Assembly (NCBI GenBank): GCA_000708835.1
Contig: DF237425.1
Coordinates: 4,322-68,321, forward strand
Source: Klebsormidium nitens
Lineage: Eukaryota > Plantae > Klebsormidiophyceae
Direction: 5' to 3'
DNA: 64,000 nucleotides
In this document: piece after piece, positions 19,895 to 32,200 of the stretch
Numbering within the stretch: position 1 is the stretch's first letter
Layout: each line of letters begins with the position of its first letter
Made by a program: the position numbers and the translations under genes
The notes under the pieces: generated by a model
Database searches by the model: none
What the model was told of the DNA's origin: nothing
Seen by the model: only the letters and a program-made list of their open reading frames with translations

Positions 19895-22800
19895 ATGGCT
19901 TCCAGTCACAGCGCAATCGCAGCGTCTCTTTCGCCTCTGACGGAGAACCTTCTTAGCTCTCGCAATGCCCTGTGTCAACAAGTGCACGAGAAGATCAATT
20001 CCCGCCGAACTCAGCACCGCCAACTCGACCGGCCCCCCCTCACAATTAAGCCTAGGGGGAGCGTTGGGGCGCCACCGCCAGCTGTTAAGAAAAGCCTGCC
20101 GCCGCAGGAACGTTCCAGCTCGGCGGAGCTGACAGCTGTCAGACCTTTGGACGATATTGCAACGTCAGCAGACTGTTTCTGTAGCGACGCCCCCAATGCC
20201 CTCAGGCAAACTCCAGAGATGCGGGCAGCGTTTGTGAAGAGAGCTATCGACGAGGCATGTGTTCCCTCGGAAGACTTGGCGGGGAAAGCTCCGGAAGTGA
20301 GGGGTATGACTTTAATGGTGGCGTGGATTACGCGGCCATCATGCAGCGGATGTATACGACGGGGTTTCAGGCGACGCACTTTGGGCAGGCGGTGCGGGAG
20401 CTAAATCGTATGGTGAGCGGCTTATAGTTTATGGGTGCTTGTGTAAGGAATGAGTTGGGTAATCCGCCTGCTTAGATTCAGAGCCAGAAGTCCTTAAGGC
20501 AGCTCCAATACGAAGATGTAGGAGTAATAATTCCCTAAGCGTGACCTGTGATGAGTGCGCCAAGTCCTGATCATCAACCTAGCGCTGGGTGTATGAGTTT
20601 GTAGAGTGGGTTCTGTGTCCGGTTGTGAGTCAGTTTGCATGAGCTTCCATGATCCCACGCTTTGACACCCTCAGGAAAGAGAGGAGGAATGAAAGACGAC
20701 CGACTCAATCATGGAGCCCGGTTCAAAGAGACTTCCCCAGCTCGAAACTGTGTTACAATTGCTCCTATGGATCGCAGCTGATCTCTAAATCTGTGTCAAA
20801 AACGTTCATCAGTGGTAACATTTGCGGGTGGTCTGGTCGCGATCCTCGCAGCCAACGTAAAGTCCAAAAGATGATAAGAAAAGACACGCACGTCCACCCA
20901 ACCTGTCATGTTTTGCTCGCAGCTGGACTGGCGCCTTTCAGACGAGCCGCTTACGTCAGCGACGCCTCCCCAGTGGCGAGACCAGCGCTTCCGCGAGTCA
21001 GTGAAGGCCAAGATCTTCTTGGGGTTTACGTCCAACATGACGTCATCTGGCAACCGGGAGATCATTCGTTACTTGGCACAGCATAAGCAGGTGAAAACAC
21101 GCCCTCTCCTTCTACATTGTCCGAATCTATTCTTCCAGTGAAAGTGGAGCTAGGTCTGGTTTTGTCTCCTTTCCGGCAGAGTCATTACTCTCAACCCTTG
21201 CCAATTTCACATCCGCGCCAACGTTTTGCAGACTCTTGACTACTCTCATTTTGCCTTTAGTTCAGACACAAAGGGGATTCTTTCCGCAAAAGAGTGTCTG
21301 GGCACTCTTTGCTCTTGCACGACCACACTAGTTTGATAACCCAGCTACGGAATCAATCCTCAGTTGGAACGGACATCTGTGCAAGAGTCTCAAGCAGCTA
21401 GCGTCCTTTCGTTGGCAGAACACCGCCCTTCAAACGGCTGAAGCGCGGCCGTCTCAGATGCCGCATCCTCGCCGCAGGTCGACGTCATGGTGTCGTCAGC
21501 GGGCGGCATCGAGGAAGACTTCATCAAGTGCCTGGCGCCGACGTACGTGGGCAGCTTCGAACTAGAGGGGCGGGCGCTGCGCGCGCGGGGGCTCAACCGG
21601 ACGGGCAACCTGCTGACGCCCAACGACAACTACGTCAAGTTCCACGACTTCGCGTTTCCGGTGCTCAAGCAGATGCTCAAGGAGCAAGAAGAGGAGGTGA
21701 CTGGAAACTCCTCAATCTGCCTTTCAATAATATACATTGAATCTGTACGATAATGCCAAATCTAACGAAGTTGGAGAACTCAGGTAGATACCAGAAGTTC
21801 TACTTCGCGGTGCTCAAGCAGATTCTTAAGCAGGAACCCAAGAAAAATAGGTGAAAGCGAACCGGGACAGCCCAGATAATTCGTGCTTTGATTTGGCGCA
21901 TGAATTTCATACATGATTTCGGCATAGCTTCGCTCCTTTCGCTCTCCTTGTCCCTTTGGCGTTCAAGTCAAGACCATGTCTTCTCTGCGTGTTCCTCTCA
22001 CGAACCACCGAAACAACTCAAATCCCACTTCCGTTCACTATCTGAAGCGTTCTACCAATGTCGCCCAACTTTCGATGCCCCGACACTCTTGTTGAATGCA
22101 AAGGAGCTTGGCTCCTGACGGTTCGGACGTCAAAAGCTTCGGACGTCTCCTCGCGGGCGTGAACTGGACGCCCTCCAAGATGATTCACCGCTTCGGGAGG
22201 GAGATCAACCATCCGGACTCCATCTACTACTGGTGCTACAAGGTACGCGAGAGTCTTATCAGGCTCTTTTTAGCAAGGCCTTCAGAATCAGCTGGTAATT
22301 GTTTGCTGGCAATTAGTGAGATGGACATTCAATGACACGCTGATTTGACTCACAATCGCAACTGGCCTCTCAGATTAGAATGCGACTGTGTGTATTTTCT
22401 TGGTTATGCTTGTTCTCATAAGAAAATGTACGACGTCTAGCTCCCCATTCCAACCGAGAAAGACTGTCTTAGGACTGTCCGACACTCCCTGATAGGTACT
22501 TGGCGATTCAGAACCTTTCGTATGGCTCGTTCTTCTCCGTGCTTAGAGGGGCGATCGCCCACGTTATCTCCTCCAACGCATTTAAGCTTTTAGCTTGTCT
22601 TATCGACCGTGCTGAGAGTGTTCTTCGCCCAAGTCTCCATTTTTTGTGCTTTTTCAGTCAATAATGGCTCCCGAGGCCAACATGATGTGGCTGAACTGGT
22701 TGGATTTGATGCTCACCGTCTCCTCTTCCTTTCAGAACGATATCCGCGTCTACTGTCCCTCGATCACCGACGGCAGCTTCGGCGAGATCCTGTACTTCCT

Positions 22801-24436
22801 GCATCACCACCAGAGCGAGATCAGAGGCCCACAGCTAAAGCTCGACTTATCCGAGGGTGAGTACTAGCAGCCTTGCCATCATGCGAGACAATACGTGCCC
22901 GCCACGTGGCCCTCTGGCAACACAATCCTTAAATCTCAACCGAGGCCTCGCAAGCGACCAATTGGTTGAGGCTCCGCTTTTCCGGTTGCTTCACTAGAAA
23001 GGCAACAGCGCTCAGAGACCGCCACGTGTCACCCGAGACAGCACGTTTCTCTGCTCTGATGAGAGGTTACGCGCGCATGAAGGCCCTGAGCGGCTCTTTC
23101 AGTTAAGGCTGTCTGTTTTTAGATTCTCTGTGCACGAGAGTTTCTCGACTTGCTTGATGACGGGAGCTCGTCCTCATCCAGTCGGAACTACACAAAGTCC
23201 CCTTTCAGGACACTACCTGTAACCTCACACCCGAAAACATGGCGGTACGACCATTTTGACGTGATGAATCTTTCAGTCAGGCACGGCTCTTCATGTCAAA
23301 ATTTCCTTCATCAGCCCGCCCGCTGGGCAGACATTTTTTCCCTCTCTCGATAACATTCCAGTAGATACTTCGTACATACAATCGCACGGGACGAAGCAGC
23401 CCTCGAACGTTTTCCTGCTCTCCTTTTGCAGACATCGTTGCGATGTCCAACGAGACCGTCATGAGCCCACCCCAAAAACGCGGTATTGTCATTCTGGGCG
23501 GCGGACTGGCGAAGCATCACATCTGCAACGCGAATCTCTTGGCCGGGGGGGCTGATTTTGCGGTTCTCGTAAACACCGCGAACGAGTTCGACGGCTGCGA
23601 TTCGGGGGCGCGCACCGATGAGGCCAAGTCGTGGGGCAAGATCAAGGACACCGCGCAGGCAGTAAAGGTCAGTATGGGCGACTATTGTACTTATAAGGGT
23701 TTCCATTCAAGCAAGCTCGCAGATTCTGCATCACCACGTGTCCGTTCAGGTGTATCCTAGAAACTTCTCACCTTTCGAAAACACAGAGCGACCTGATAGC
23801 GAGCGCAGCTTTGATGGGAAGGCATGTGGCGCTCAAAACAGTTGGTGCATAAGGTGCTCGACTGAGACCCAAACATTTACAAGATTCTCTGCACTTGTGA
23901 AACGACAACCTGTAAAGGAATATCTGAGGCGAGTGTCTCGTTACATATTGCAAGCTGCGGAGACACAGGGAGCAGGAGTTGACTGCCTGTCGCCGCGTTC
24001 AATGCAAGTGCACTGCATTTTTGAGCGCCCACAAGGGGATTGTCTGGAGACTTCTGCTGCACAAGGGCACATTGTCTGACTTGTCTCACGAAATTCACAC
24101 CAATACAAGTGCACTGAAACAAGTGTCTCTCTGACAGCATCATCTGATCTGATGACCCCACGTTAACCCTTTCTATCTGCTTGCTAGGCGACTCATAACG
24201 GGGCCCCGTACAGCCTCAGTATCTTGATAGGAACCCCATACCAGCATCTTAATATGCCGAATTGCAGGGACCGTAAGGTTAAGATTTTGTCATTCTATCG
24301 CGCTGATGCAACGCGGTTCTACGTCCAGGTTTACGCGGACGCTACTCTCGTGTTCCCGCTTCTTGTGGCGGAGACATTTGCCCCCCGGGTAGTAGCGGCG
24401 GCCCGGGGGATCCCTTCCGAGCGCTGCCAGTGTTAA
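19895..24436 (+). CDS. DHS: Divergent deoxyhypusine synthase / homospermidine-synthase-like protein, about 485 aa, 7 exons (one frameshift and one non-AG acceptor as assembled)
   Basis: Exons 19895-20412 (1 nt missing in the G run at 20301-20304), 20923-21090, 21478-21696, 22156-22242, 22736-22856, 23432-23667, 24329-24436. Motifs: [89 protein letters not shown] (catalytic Lys motif), [17 protein letters not shown]. Confidence 0.88.
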
Positions 24437-24548
24437 TCGGCAGCAGTGCCTGCATGAGAAGTCGAAGGCCCGGGGGATCCCCTCGAGCGCTACCATTGCC
24501 CCATAAGAGCAGCGGCCCGGGGAATCCCTTCCCAGCACTGCCAGTGCC
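24397..24548 (+). repeat. Three degenerate copies of the DHS C-terminal codons
   Basis: GGCCCGGGGRATCCCYTC..AGCRCTRCCA at about 24399, 24468 and 24513. Only the first copy is inside the CDS. Confidence 0.85.
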
Positions 24549-24740
24549 AGGTGGCAATGTTGATTACGTGAGGATCTGAAAGCCCCTGGAGCAATCAAGT
24601 CAGCGCTACCTGCACGAAACGATCTTGTTGGGTGTCCGGGCGAGACATGTTAGGAGGAAAGAGAAACGAAGCAAAATGTATTTAGCTGTGAAGATGGACG
24701 CTAGAGAATTGTTTTTGGACAGCCAGGAAACGATTTTCAT

Positions 24741-24832
24741 GGAACAAGCGAGCTCTGTAGGCAAAGTTTTATTTGAGAACGATAATGATGTTCAAGGAAC
24801 AACGAGCTCTGTAGGCAAGGTTGATTGAGAAC
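24741..24832. repeat. Two-copy direct repeat, about 55-bp period
   Basis: GGAACAA(G)CGAGCTCTGTAGGCAA..GTT..TTGAGAAC at 24741 and about 24796. Confidence 0.8.
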
Positions 24833-25969
24833 TCTTTGCAAGGCGTTACCGATTCGCATGTAAAAAGTAGGATCGAAGCGTACAGATTCTCAGATCCCGG
24901 TACATTAGAAAGTATAAAAGGACATCGTGCAGTACATTGGCTAGAATGTGGTAGACTCCCTTGCTACAGTCGGTTCAAAGTTGAAACAATAAGTATGGGG
25001 AGAACACTGAGATTAGATGAGCTATCCGAGTCTTATTTCTCGGAATCGAGCGCAAATTTCTCTCAGCTAGTAGCGCAGTGGAATTCCAATGGTTGAGAGG
25101 ATTGAAGTTTTTTCACAGCAGGATACAACATGTACACGTTTTCAGGAAAGATTGAGGCCGTCATCCGTTCTGAACCGGCCAAAAAGCGATGCAGATTGAT
25201 CACGACAAAACGCGCATGGCCGCGCACCTCTATAATCCTATAAGTAGGAGTAAAGGAGGAGTAAGTGGAAGCAGGCTTCCTGCATCGGCCGCGCAGTGAC
25301 TGTATGCCCTTCTGCCAGCCATCGTCCAAGGGCTGAGCTCGAAAACATCAAGCAGTGCATAAGTATACAATGATTAATCCTGATTGAGTGAACCGCATAA
25401 GCACAGATGGGTTGCTTTCCAAGGTAATCGGATGGCCTGAACCTTGACGATTGTACTCGCATGCACGTGGACAAGGCACGTATAGCGATCGCGATGCAAA
25501 AATGACGGCTCATGATCATCTCAACAAGAATCGTGCTTCTGTGCAGATGGTCTGGAAAACGTTGAGATCGTGATTATGCGAATGATACTTGCCCAATATT
25601 ATACTCGCTCTCCACTTCAAACAGGCCGAGACGCAATAGGGCTTTTACATCTCACACATTTCCGACGTCCCATGGATCTTCGCACTGATGGTTTTGCAAA
25701 GGGCTGTGACGTTGATCGAGTGTACTAGTCAGGGTCGATTCAACAGCCACTCTGGTGAATAAGCTGGCAGGAACCGGAATTGCCTCACGATTATCTCCTG
25801 ACAGGATCTGACAGCTTCTTCAAAAAATGCACTCAGTCCTATCGATTGCAGACCTATCGATCCTTTCACCTACAGCTCACGTGGCCAAATGTGTCCGAGT
25901 TCCTGATCGACGTTCGAAAGCTGAACACCTATACTGCGCACATTAATCCAAAGGCTAACTTTCATCTTC

Positions 25970-28900
25970 CTAAAGCTTGTCCTCTTCCCCCGCGGCCGCG
26001 CCGCGTTCTATAAGGCGTTGGACGTACGGCATGAAGTGGCCCTCATAGCGTTTCCGGACGTCCGGCCGCTGATAATCGCTGCCCAACAGCTTGCCGCGGC
26101 AGTTTTTGGAGCCACAGAGGCAGGATTCCCAGCCCGAGATCTGATACCTGCAAAAGGAAAGAAAGGTGACGGCTTTTGAAAAGCCGCAGGTTGTGCTTGT
26201 TGTGTGAGGCGCTTGATCCTCGATAGAAGACGGCCTTAATGTTATGTCGCGGCGCCCTTGAGGCTGCAGTACCCAGCTTCGAGCTCAATCAAGATCAGTT
26301 GCAATCTCGTTTGCGGTTCGGAAATCTCGGTTGCAGCAAACATTCACTTCATTATCCCAACGCCTCCTCATCGTGGGTTTCGTTGATTCACAAGCTTGAA
26401 CACGTCCCGACCAGAAAAAGAGTCGGCCTTGCAAATGCATTGCTTGCTATGCAAACGAAAAGCTTCCCCAATGAAAGGTACCCGTTAACGCGTGATTCTA
26501 CAGTAGGTGCCCGAATCTACCAGGCTGCTCAATTGGGTCTGTTCAAGCACCTTTGCAACAAGCAGACCGAAAAGTAGATCTCCGGTGACCCCCCAATTCT
26601 CACCTGAAGTCGGTCGTCTCGGAGGTGGCGTAGTCGAATGTAATCTCCTCTCCGGCCTTCATGGCGCGGCGCGCGAGCATGCGAGCGGGGTCCTCCGTAA
26701 GAAACCTGGGAAGTAGAATAGCAGGGGCGCGTTTGGGTTTCTGGCAGACGGTATGCGCCCTTGTCCATGCGGAAACCAAGCATAGTGCAGCTTGGTCCCT
26801 CGAAAGCTAACGCGTTTGTAATCCTCGAAGCGCTTGGCCGCCGTGTTCTATAAAGTGGCCAGGATGATAACTGCTTTAGGTTGGAATGCTTTAAGGTGCA
26901 TAGGATCGTGTTAGAAGGTCGCACTTTGACAAACTCCGATCGTCAAGCAGGCGTCCACTGATATGTGGCGTACGCTGCAGCGAAACGTATGCTCCGAAGC
27001 CATTCTGACTGAGCTGGGCTTCGAACACCTGTCATCCGTTTCACGAGCAGCAGACTCTAGCACATGACAACTTCAAGGCGGACTGGCTCTACTCCACATA
27101 GCTGGGCCCACCGTAAAGTTCTGACTGGACCCAAAAAAAGAGAGACGAAACAAAAGGGACGAAGCAAGTCGAGTATTATGCCACGTCTAGGCACTTACCA
27201 GCAATTCGGATCACAGCTGTGGTTCATGTAATTCGAAGCGTCGCTGCGCACGATCTCCAAGCTCCCCACTCCCGCAAACGTCTCCTCTTCGATCTGGTAC
27301 GCATAGTGCATGAACTCGCGCTGGCGTTCCGAGGGCCAGGACTTGATCTCTGGAAGGGTATGCAGGTACTTGTCCGCACTGCATCGTAGAAGGGGAGCTT
27401 TGATCAGCAGTCACCAAGCCAGCTTTCCGGGAAAGTGTATAGATTGGGGCCAAGTACATCTCGAGGTTGTTGTGCTAATTGATTTCGCTGGCGCTCCAAA
27501 GGCCAGACCCGGATCTCCGCAGACGAATGCACCTTACATGTTGCACTGCATCGTAGGAAGGAGAGCCTTCAGTCCTTCCAAGCGAGCTACTCTTACTGGA
27601 AGGGGAGCTTTCAACCTTTCCCTTTCTCTTCATGCTTTTAGGAAGGGGAGTATAAACAGCCTCCTTTGAACAAGCCTTCGAGGAATGAAGTGCGCTGAAC
27701 TTGGGGACAATCCAATGATTCTGTGAGCTGCTGATCCAATAGGAGCAGAAGGACCCCAAAACACGCAGCTTGTTTGAGAAAGGTTGTATCAATTTTCCTG
27801 CACGCCCGGTTGCGGTTTCTTGGCCCATCTCTTGGCCCATCATTTTTAATTCAAGCGATGTGGATATAGAGCATCTAGGTCGGCTTCAACAAACTGGAGA
27901 ATCTACCTAGATCACGCTCTAATTCCTTATCTCCTGCCAGAGACGGTCCTTAACCCACAGGCGGGAGCAGCAAATGCCTACAGAATCAGCCGCCGTCCAA
28001 TCTCAGCTTAGAAACCACACGAAGCCCAGAAGGGGGTCTCACTTGTACGTGTCATCGCTCCATATCACCTCCCCTTCCTTGATCCCTGCCGTTGCGAAAA
28101 GACCCATCCCGCCAAGACGGCTATCTCGGAGCTCAACGTGCTGGTGCAGGGAGAAGTATTTGGGGTCCCGTTCTGGGCCGGTTACAGCAACCACCTGAGC
28201 ATGACAAAAGATTCCAGAAATGTGCAGGGCGTTTTGTGGGGCAGTGTTGAGAGCTCTCTAAAGGTTACTCGAGAACTTGGAGGTTTTGGGCTTTCTTTTG
28301 GGGTCTGAATTCAGGGTTTCCAGCAGACCCCAACGAAGAGGAGGGACTGTGGGTTCTAGCTTTGTGGGTGGAGCTGTGAAGCTAATTTGAATGAGTCGAA
28401 GTGGTATAGATGGCTGTTCAAGCTAGATACTGCTTGAGAAGTGGAGAAGTCTAAGCAATCTGTCCTTTGAGCATCTCAGAGAACTCCTATGGTGGATTGA
28501 GTTGAGGGGCCCTACGTCTCGAGGTGCTTCCAAGCATAAAAATGTTGAGCACCTTATCGGGGCCTGCTTTTCATGAGCTAGAGAACTAGATGGCTCGCTG
28601 GTTCTTCAGGCGCTTGCTGGGTGTGTGGAACAATTGAAAAGAAGGGGCAAGGATTTAGGGGTCCTTTCGATCACAGTCTGACATGTACAGGTTTACTATT
28701 GAAAGTAAAAGCAGGGTCTGTCGGTGGAGGAAGAAGTTTCTGGTCTACGTGTTTCTATGTTTCCGCAGCCAGCATAGGACAGAATGTCCTTGGGGTTGAA
28801 AGAGGTCGAGAGCTCGAGAAGTAAAGGACTGATTTCTATAATCACAAAGGAGCTGCTTATAAAAGTCTTGACAGCTTTGAGCTGAGCTGAGTAAGCCCAA

Positions 28901-29200
28901 AGGTTCATTGTTGCCAAACTAAAGAGGCAGCTCAGCATCCCGGACTTCTGTTTCTGATACATCAGAAGAAGTATACAACGTCACATGCTGCCATATTTGG
29001 TACCTCACCGTATTGCTCTCAGGTAGCTTTCAAGGGGTATGCAAGCAACGTCTCCAACTCTCACTCGTTTCCAGGCTCACACATACATATTTAGAATAGC
29101 TGGGCGAAAGGTACATTAGCTGATTATGCCAAAGACTAGCTACGTAAGAAAAAAGAAAAGCCTCTAGGAGTCAACGCAAGAGGATGAAAAGGCTCACCAT
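25970..29200 (-). CDS. Small SET + post-SET domain protein-lysine methyltransferase (SET gene 2), about 204 aa
   Basis: Exons 29200-29198 (ATG only, followed by GTGAGC; tentative), 28194-28043, 27378-27199, 26705-26604, 26147-25970. Motifs: VELRDSRLGGMGLFATAGIKEGEVIW, SNYMNHSCDPNCW, AGEEITFDYATSE, post-SET CLCGSKNCRG. Phases are consistent. Confidence 0.88.
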
Positions 29201-32200
29201 TTTGAGTATCTGTGATGGCGCCCTAGGCTATTAAGTGCCTGCGAGCTCCAAGACCTTTCAAGGTCAGTGGGATGCCCGCCTCGTAATTGTTCAAGTCGCT
29301 TTCTGTGGCCAACAATGAACGTGTCAAAGCACTTGTAGCCCACTTGTAGGCGATTCAAAGGCCTTTGGAAAGTAAGGCCTGGCGTTCGACACTACTGGTT
29401 GAGATTCAGCTGGAGTGTTGCGAGCAGCTGTGCCAACCAAAAGCCTTGACACAGCTGCAAGCTCATTTCTCTCTTTGATTCTTCAGCGACTTTCAGACGC
29501 TGATCATTCTTTTTCAACCTATTCAGGCTCGTCGACAGTGGAGGGCCCCAGCTGCTAGCTAGGACAGCAGCTGTCAGCAGCTGGCGGGGTCTGTAAAGTT
29601 CATACTACCACTGCCAGCTACGGTACTTGTGAACCAAGACTTTAACGTCTCAACTGCAGCTCATCATTGACACAAGGCAAACTTTAAGTTTCTGCAAATA
29701 TACCGTCTCCAGCACACTCAGTCTCTGCATTCCGCGTACATGCGAAGAAGTTGTACTCACCGGTCGGTACCTGCCAACCATGTACCGTGTCGTCAGCAAA
29801 TTGGTGGCAGAGCATCATCAATTAGTTTTCCAACTTTTGGGGCGCAGGAGTCGGGAGGTGCATTATGCAATTTTGATGCGATGGTCGATTGCTTTGTCAA
29901 GGGCCTGCAAGCTATTTCTTGCACGAAGTTTCTTGTGACAGGCTATAGCCTTCGAAGTGCACGGGCTTGAGGAGACGTGTCCACAGTACGCGGTAGCTAG
30001 GTGCTTAATCACATAGCTAGCTGGGAATCGAGCCTTTCCTGACTCATGTAACCTGCTGAATCTTGAGTCCTGTCGACGTCTCCCGACTCCGATCCTGAGC
30101 GCTGACTGACACAACCATGGTTTAGAATTAATATTACGAAACTACTGTGATTCTGCGCGCGACTGTCGGAAGGAATGGACTTCTCTATTGTTGCTTGCAG
30201 AAGCTGGGAGAGCTCATGATCACCACAACGCCATCATTATTGCGCTCCAATGTTTCAAATTCCGGTCTAACCGGCGGACGATTCATCATCTCAACTTTCA
30301 ACTAGGATGAAAGGCAACAGGGATTCAGAGATCAAGAATGTCTTCGACCAATATCTCAGTATCGCCGGTGAAGACAACTGAGCGTCGAACCAGCTGCAAT
30401 CTCACGAGAATGAGCTGAAGCCTGAAACCGCGCCTGGTGACAACGACGGCCGTAAGACTTAGACAGCTGTCGTGTCCAGGATCCGCAATTCTAGGTAAGA
30501 GAGCGACTTCGCAGGTGGCATGTTGCATTGATGACTGGACACCTGGCATGTGGGCGCAGTCCCCAGCAATCCAAAATCACTCTTTGCATTGCAAGCAGCG
30601 CGGTCAATTACGTGAAGTGCTCTTGCGATCAGCACATCAAGGTAGACTGCATGCCCAACATACTGACCAACAAAAGCTGGCTGCTGCGCCTGGATCAGTG
30701 TTTCTAGTAGGCAGCCATTCTGCACGGCCCCTTTATTTTCAGTGACCGTATCGCAGCTGGGGAGGACAAGCGCCCGCCTTTGCCAAAGCCGTCAAATAAG
30801 GCAAGCTTTTGACTGGTTTCGTGCCCTCTGAGTCGATCTCAGGGCAAGCTTCTCCTGCGGGGAAGAGTTGTTCAGAGCTTACACAATCATGTGCAAGAGT
30901 ATTTCTTTCGGCTTGCTGCCACACTTTTACCGTACTCTCATGATAGATATAGCAGCCCGTCGAAATAGTACTCTTATGCGGACATGTAGCATCAAGTATT
31001 TCACACTTCTCAAGTTACACTTTGGTCAAGGCTCTGGCAAGAGAAAGGTAATGCACACGCCAGACGTCAACGTCCCTCGATACAAGACCCTTCACCTCGC
31101 CAGATATTCGACCCACCGCAGTGTTCCTTCGACCCCAGCAGCCTCCCCCCAGCAGCCTCCCCCAAATTTCTGACCGGGCCAGCAGTTCTCAGTCCTTCGA
31201 CACAGGCAGTCTCCCACCAGCAAACATAATGGCCCCCACTGTCTTGATTTCAAAGCGCTGCTCTCAGGCCTAAAGTTTCTCAAGTTCCTTGACGCCTCGC
31301 CGCCGGCACGCGCTCTCACCTCCCTCTTCCCGCTCCTATTCGAAGTATCCCCCCACTCCGAAGTTGACTGTCCAATCATCCTTGAATGAGTCGCCGCGGC
31401 AGCGGGCCGTACTTCGTACATCAGGAGAGACATCGTGGTTGCATACTTCGCAACCTGGCAGTCAAATCGAATGGGTAAGATAGTAGTACAAGCTAGAGCC
31501 TCCCATTGACGTAACCCACTACGGGCGCGCGTGCACTGGGAAATCCTCAAGTCATGACAGTCCACAAAACTTGGCAAGGCCCGTTCCGGCGCCGCCTCAC
31601 GCTTGAGTGAGAGGCACAACCATGGCTTTCCGGCGAGATAGGTGATTCGACAGTGCATCGACGGTCATACACTTAAGGTCATCACAAACTCCCCCCCCCG
31701 ACGAACTGGCGCCTAGTTGGCACCACCCATGCCCGTTCCAAACTGTTGTAATGTTATCCGCCCAAGAGTTGCCAGATTGACACCATCGAAACACCTGATT
31801 GGACCTGAGGCATATTTGACGACCAGAAGGCACGTGACAAGTGGGCGTCACGGAGTCTTCTAAGGCATACTTGGTGCCTTCGTGGTGTCAAAATGTTGTA
31901 ATGTTTGTTGCCTACTTGCTGCAAACCTTTTTGGCGCCTTCCATGCGTCAATTTGTCGGGGGGGTCATTTTGTAATGGTTTGTTGAGCCACGAAAGAGTG
32001 TGTCGACCGGACGTGGAGGCAAGCATGAGCAAGCCCAGGAAGCGTTGGCCGCCTACTAAGCGATTCTATCATTCAGGACATCATTCGGGCGCCGCATATG
32101 TAAACTCCCTAGCACGAGCTGGTACACACCGTCCTGCCAGGCACGATGCATGCAGCTGGTGCAATGCGCATCAGCCTATCATTGTTAAGCTGAAATCAGA

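Noticed and set aside
20257-20304. ATG 20257 as the DHS start avoiding the frameshift ([19 protein letters not shown])
   Set aside because: The other frame ([14 protein letters not shown]) matches the conserved DHS N-terminal segment, so a 1-nt loss is the better explanation.
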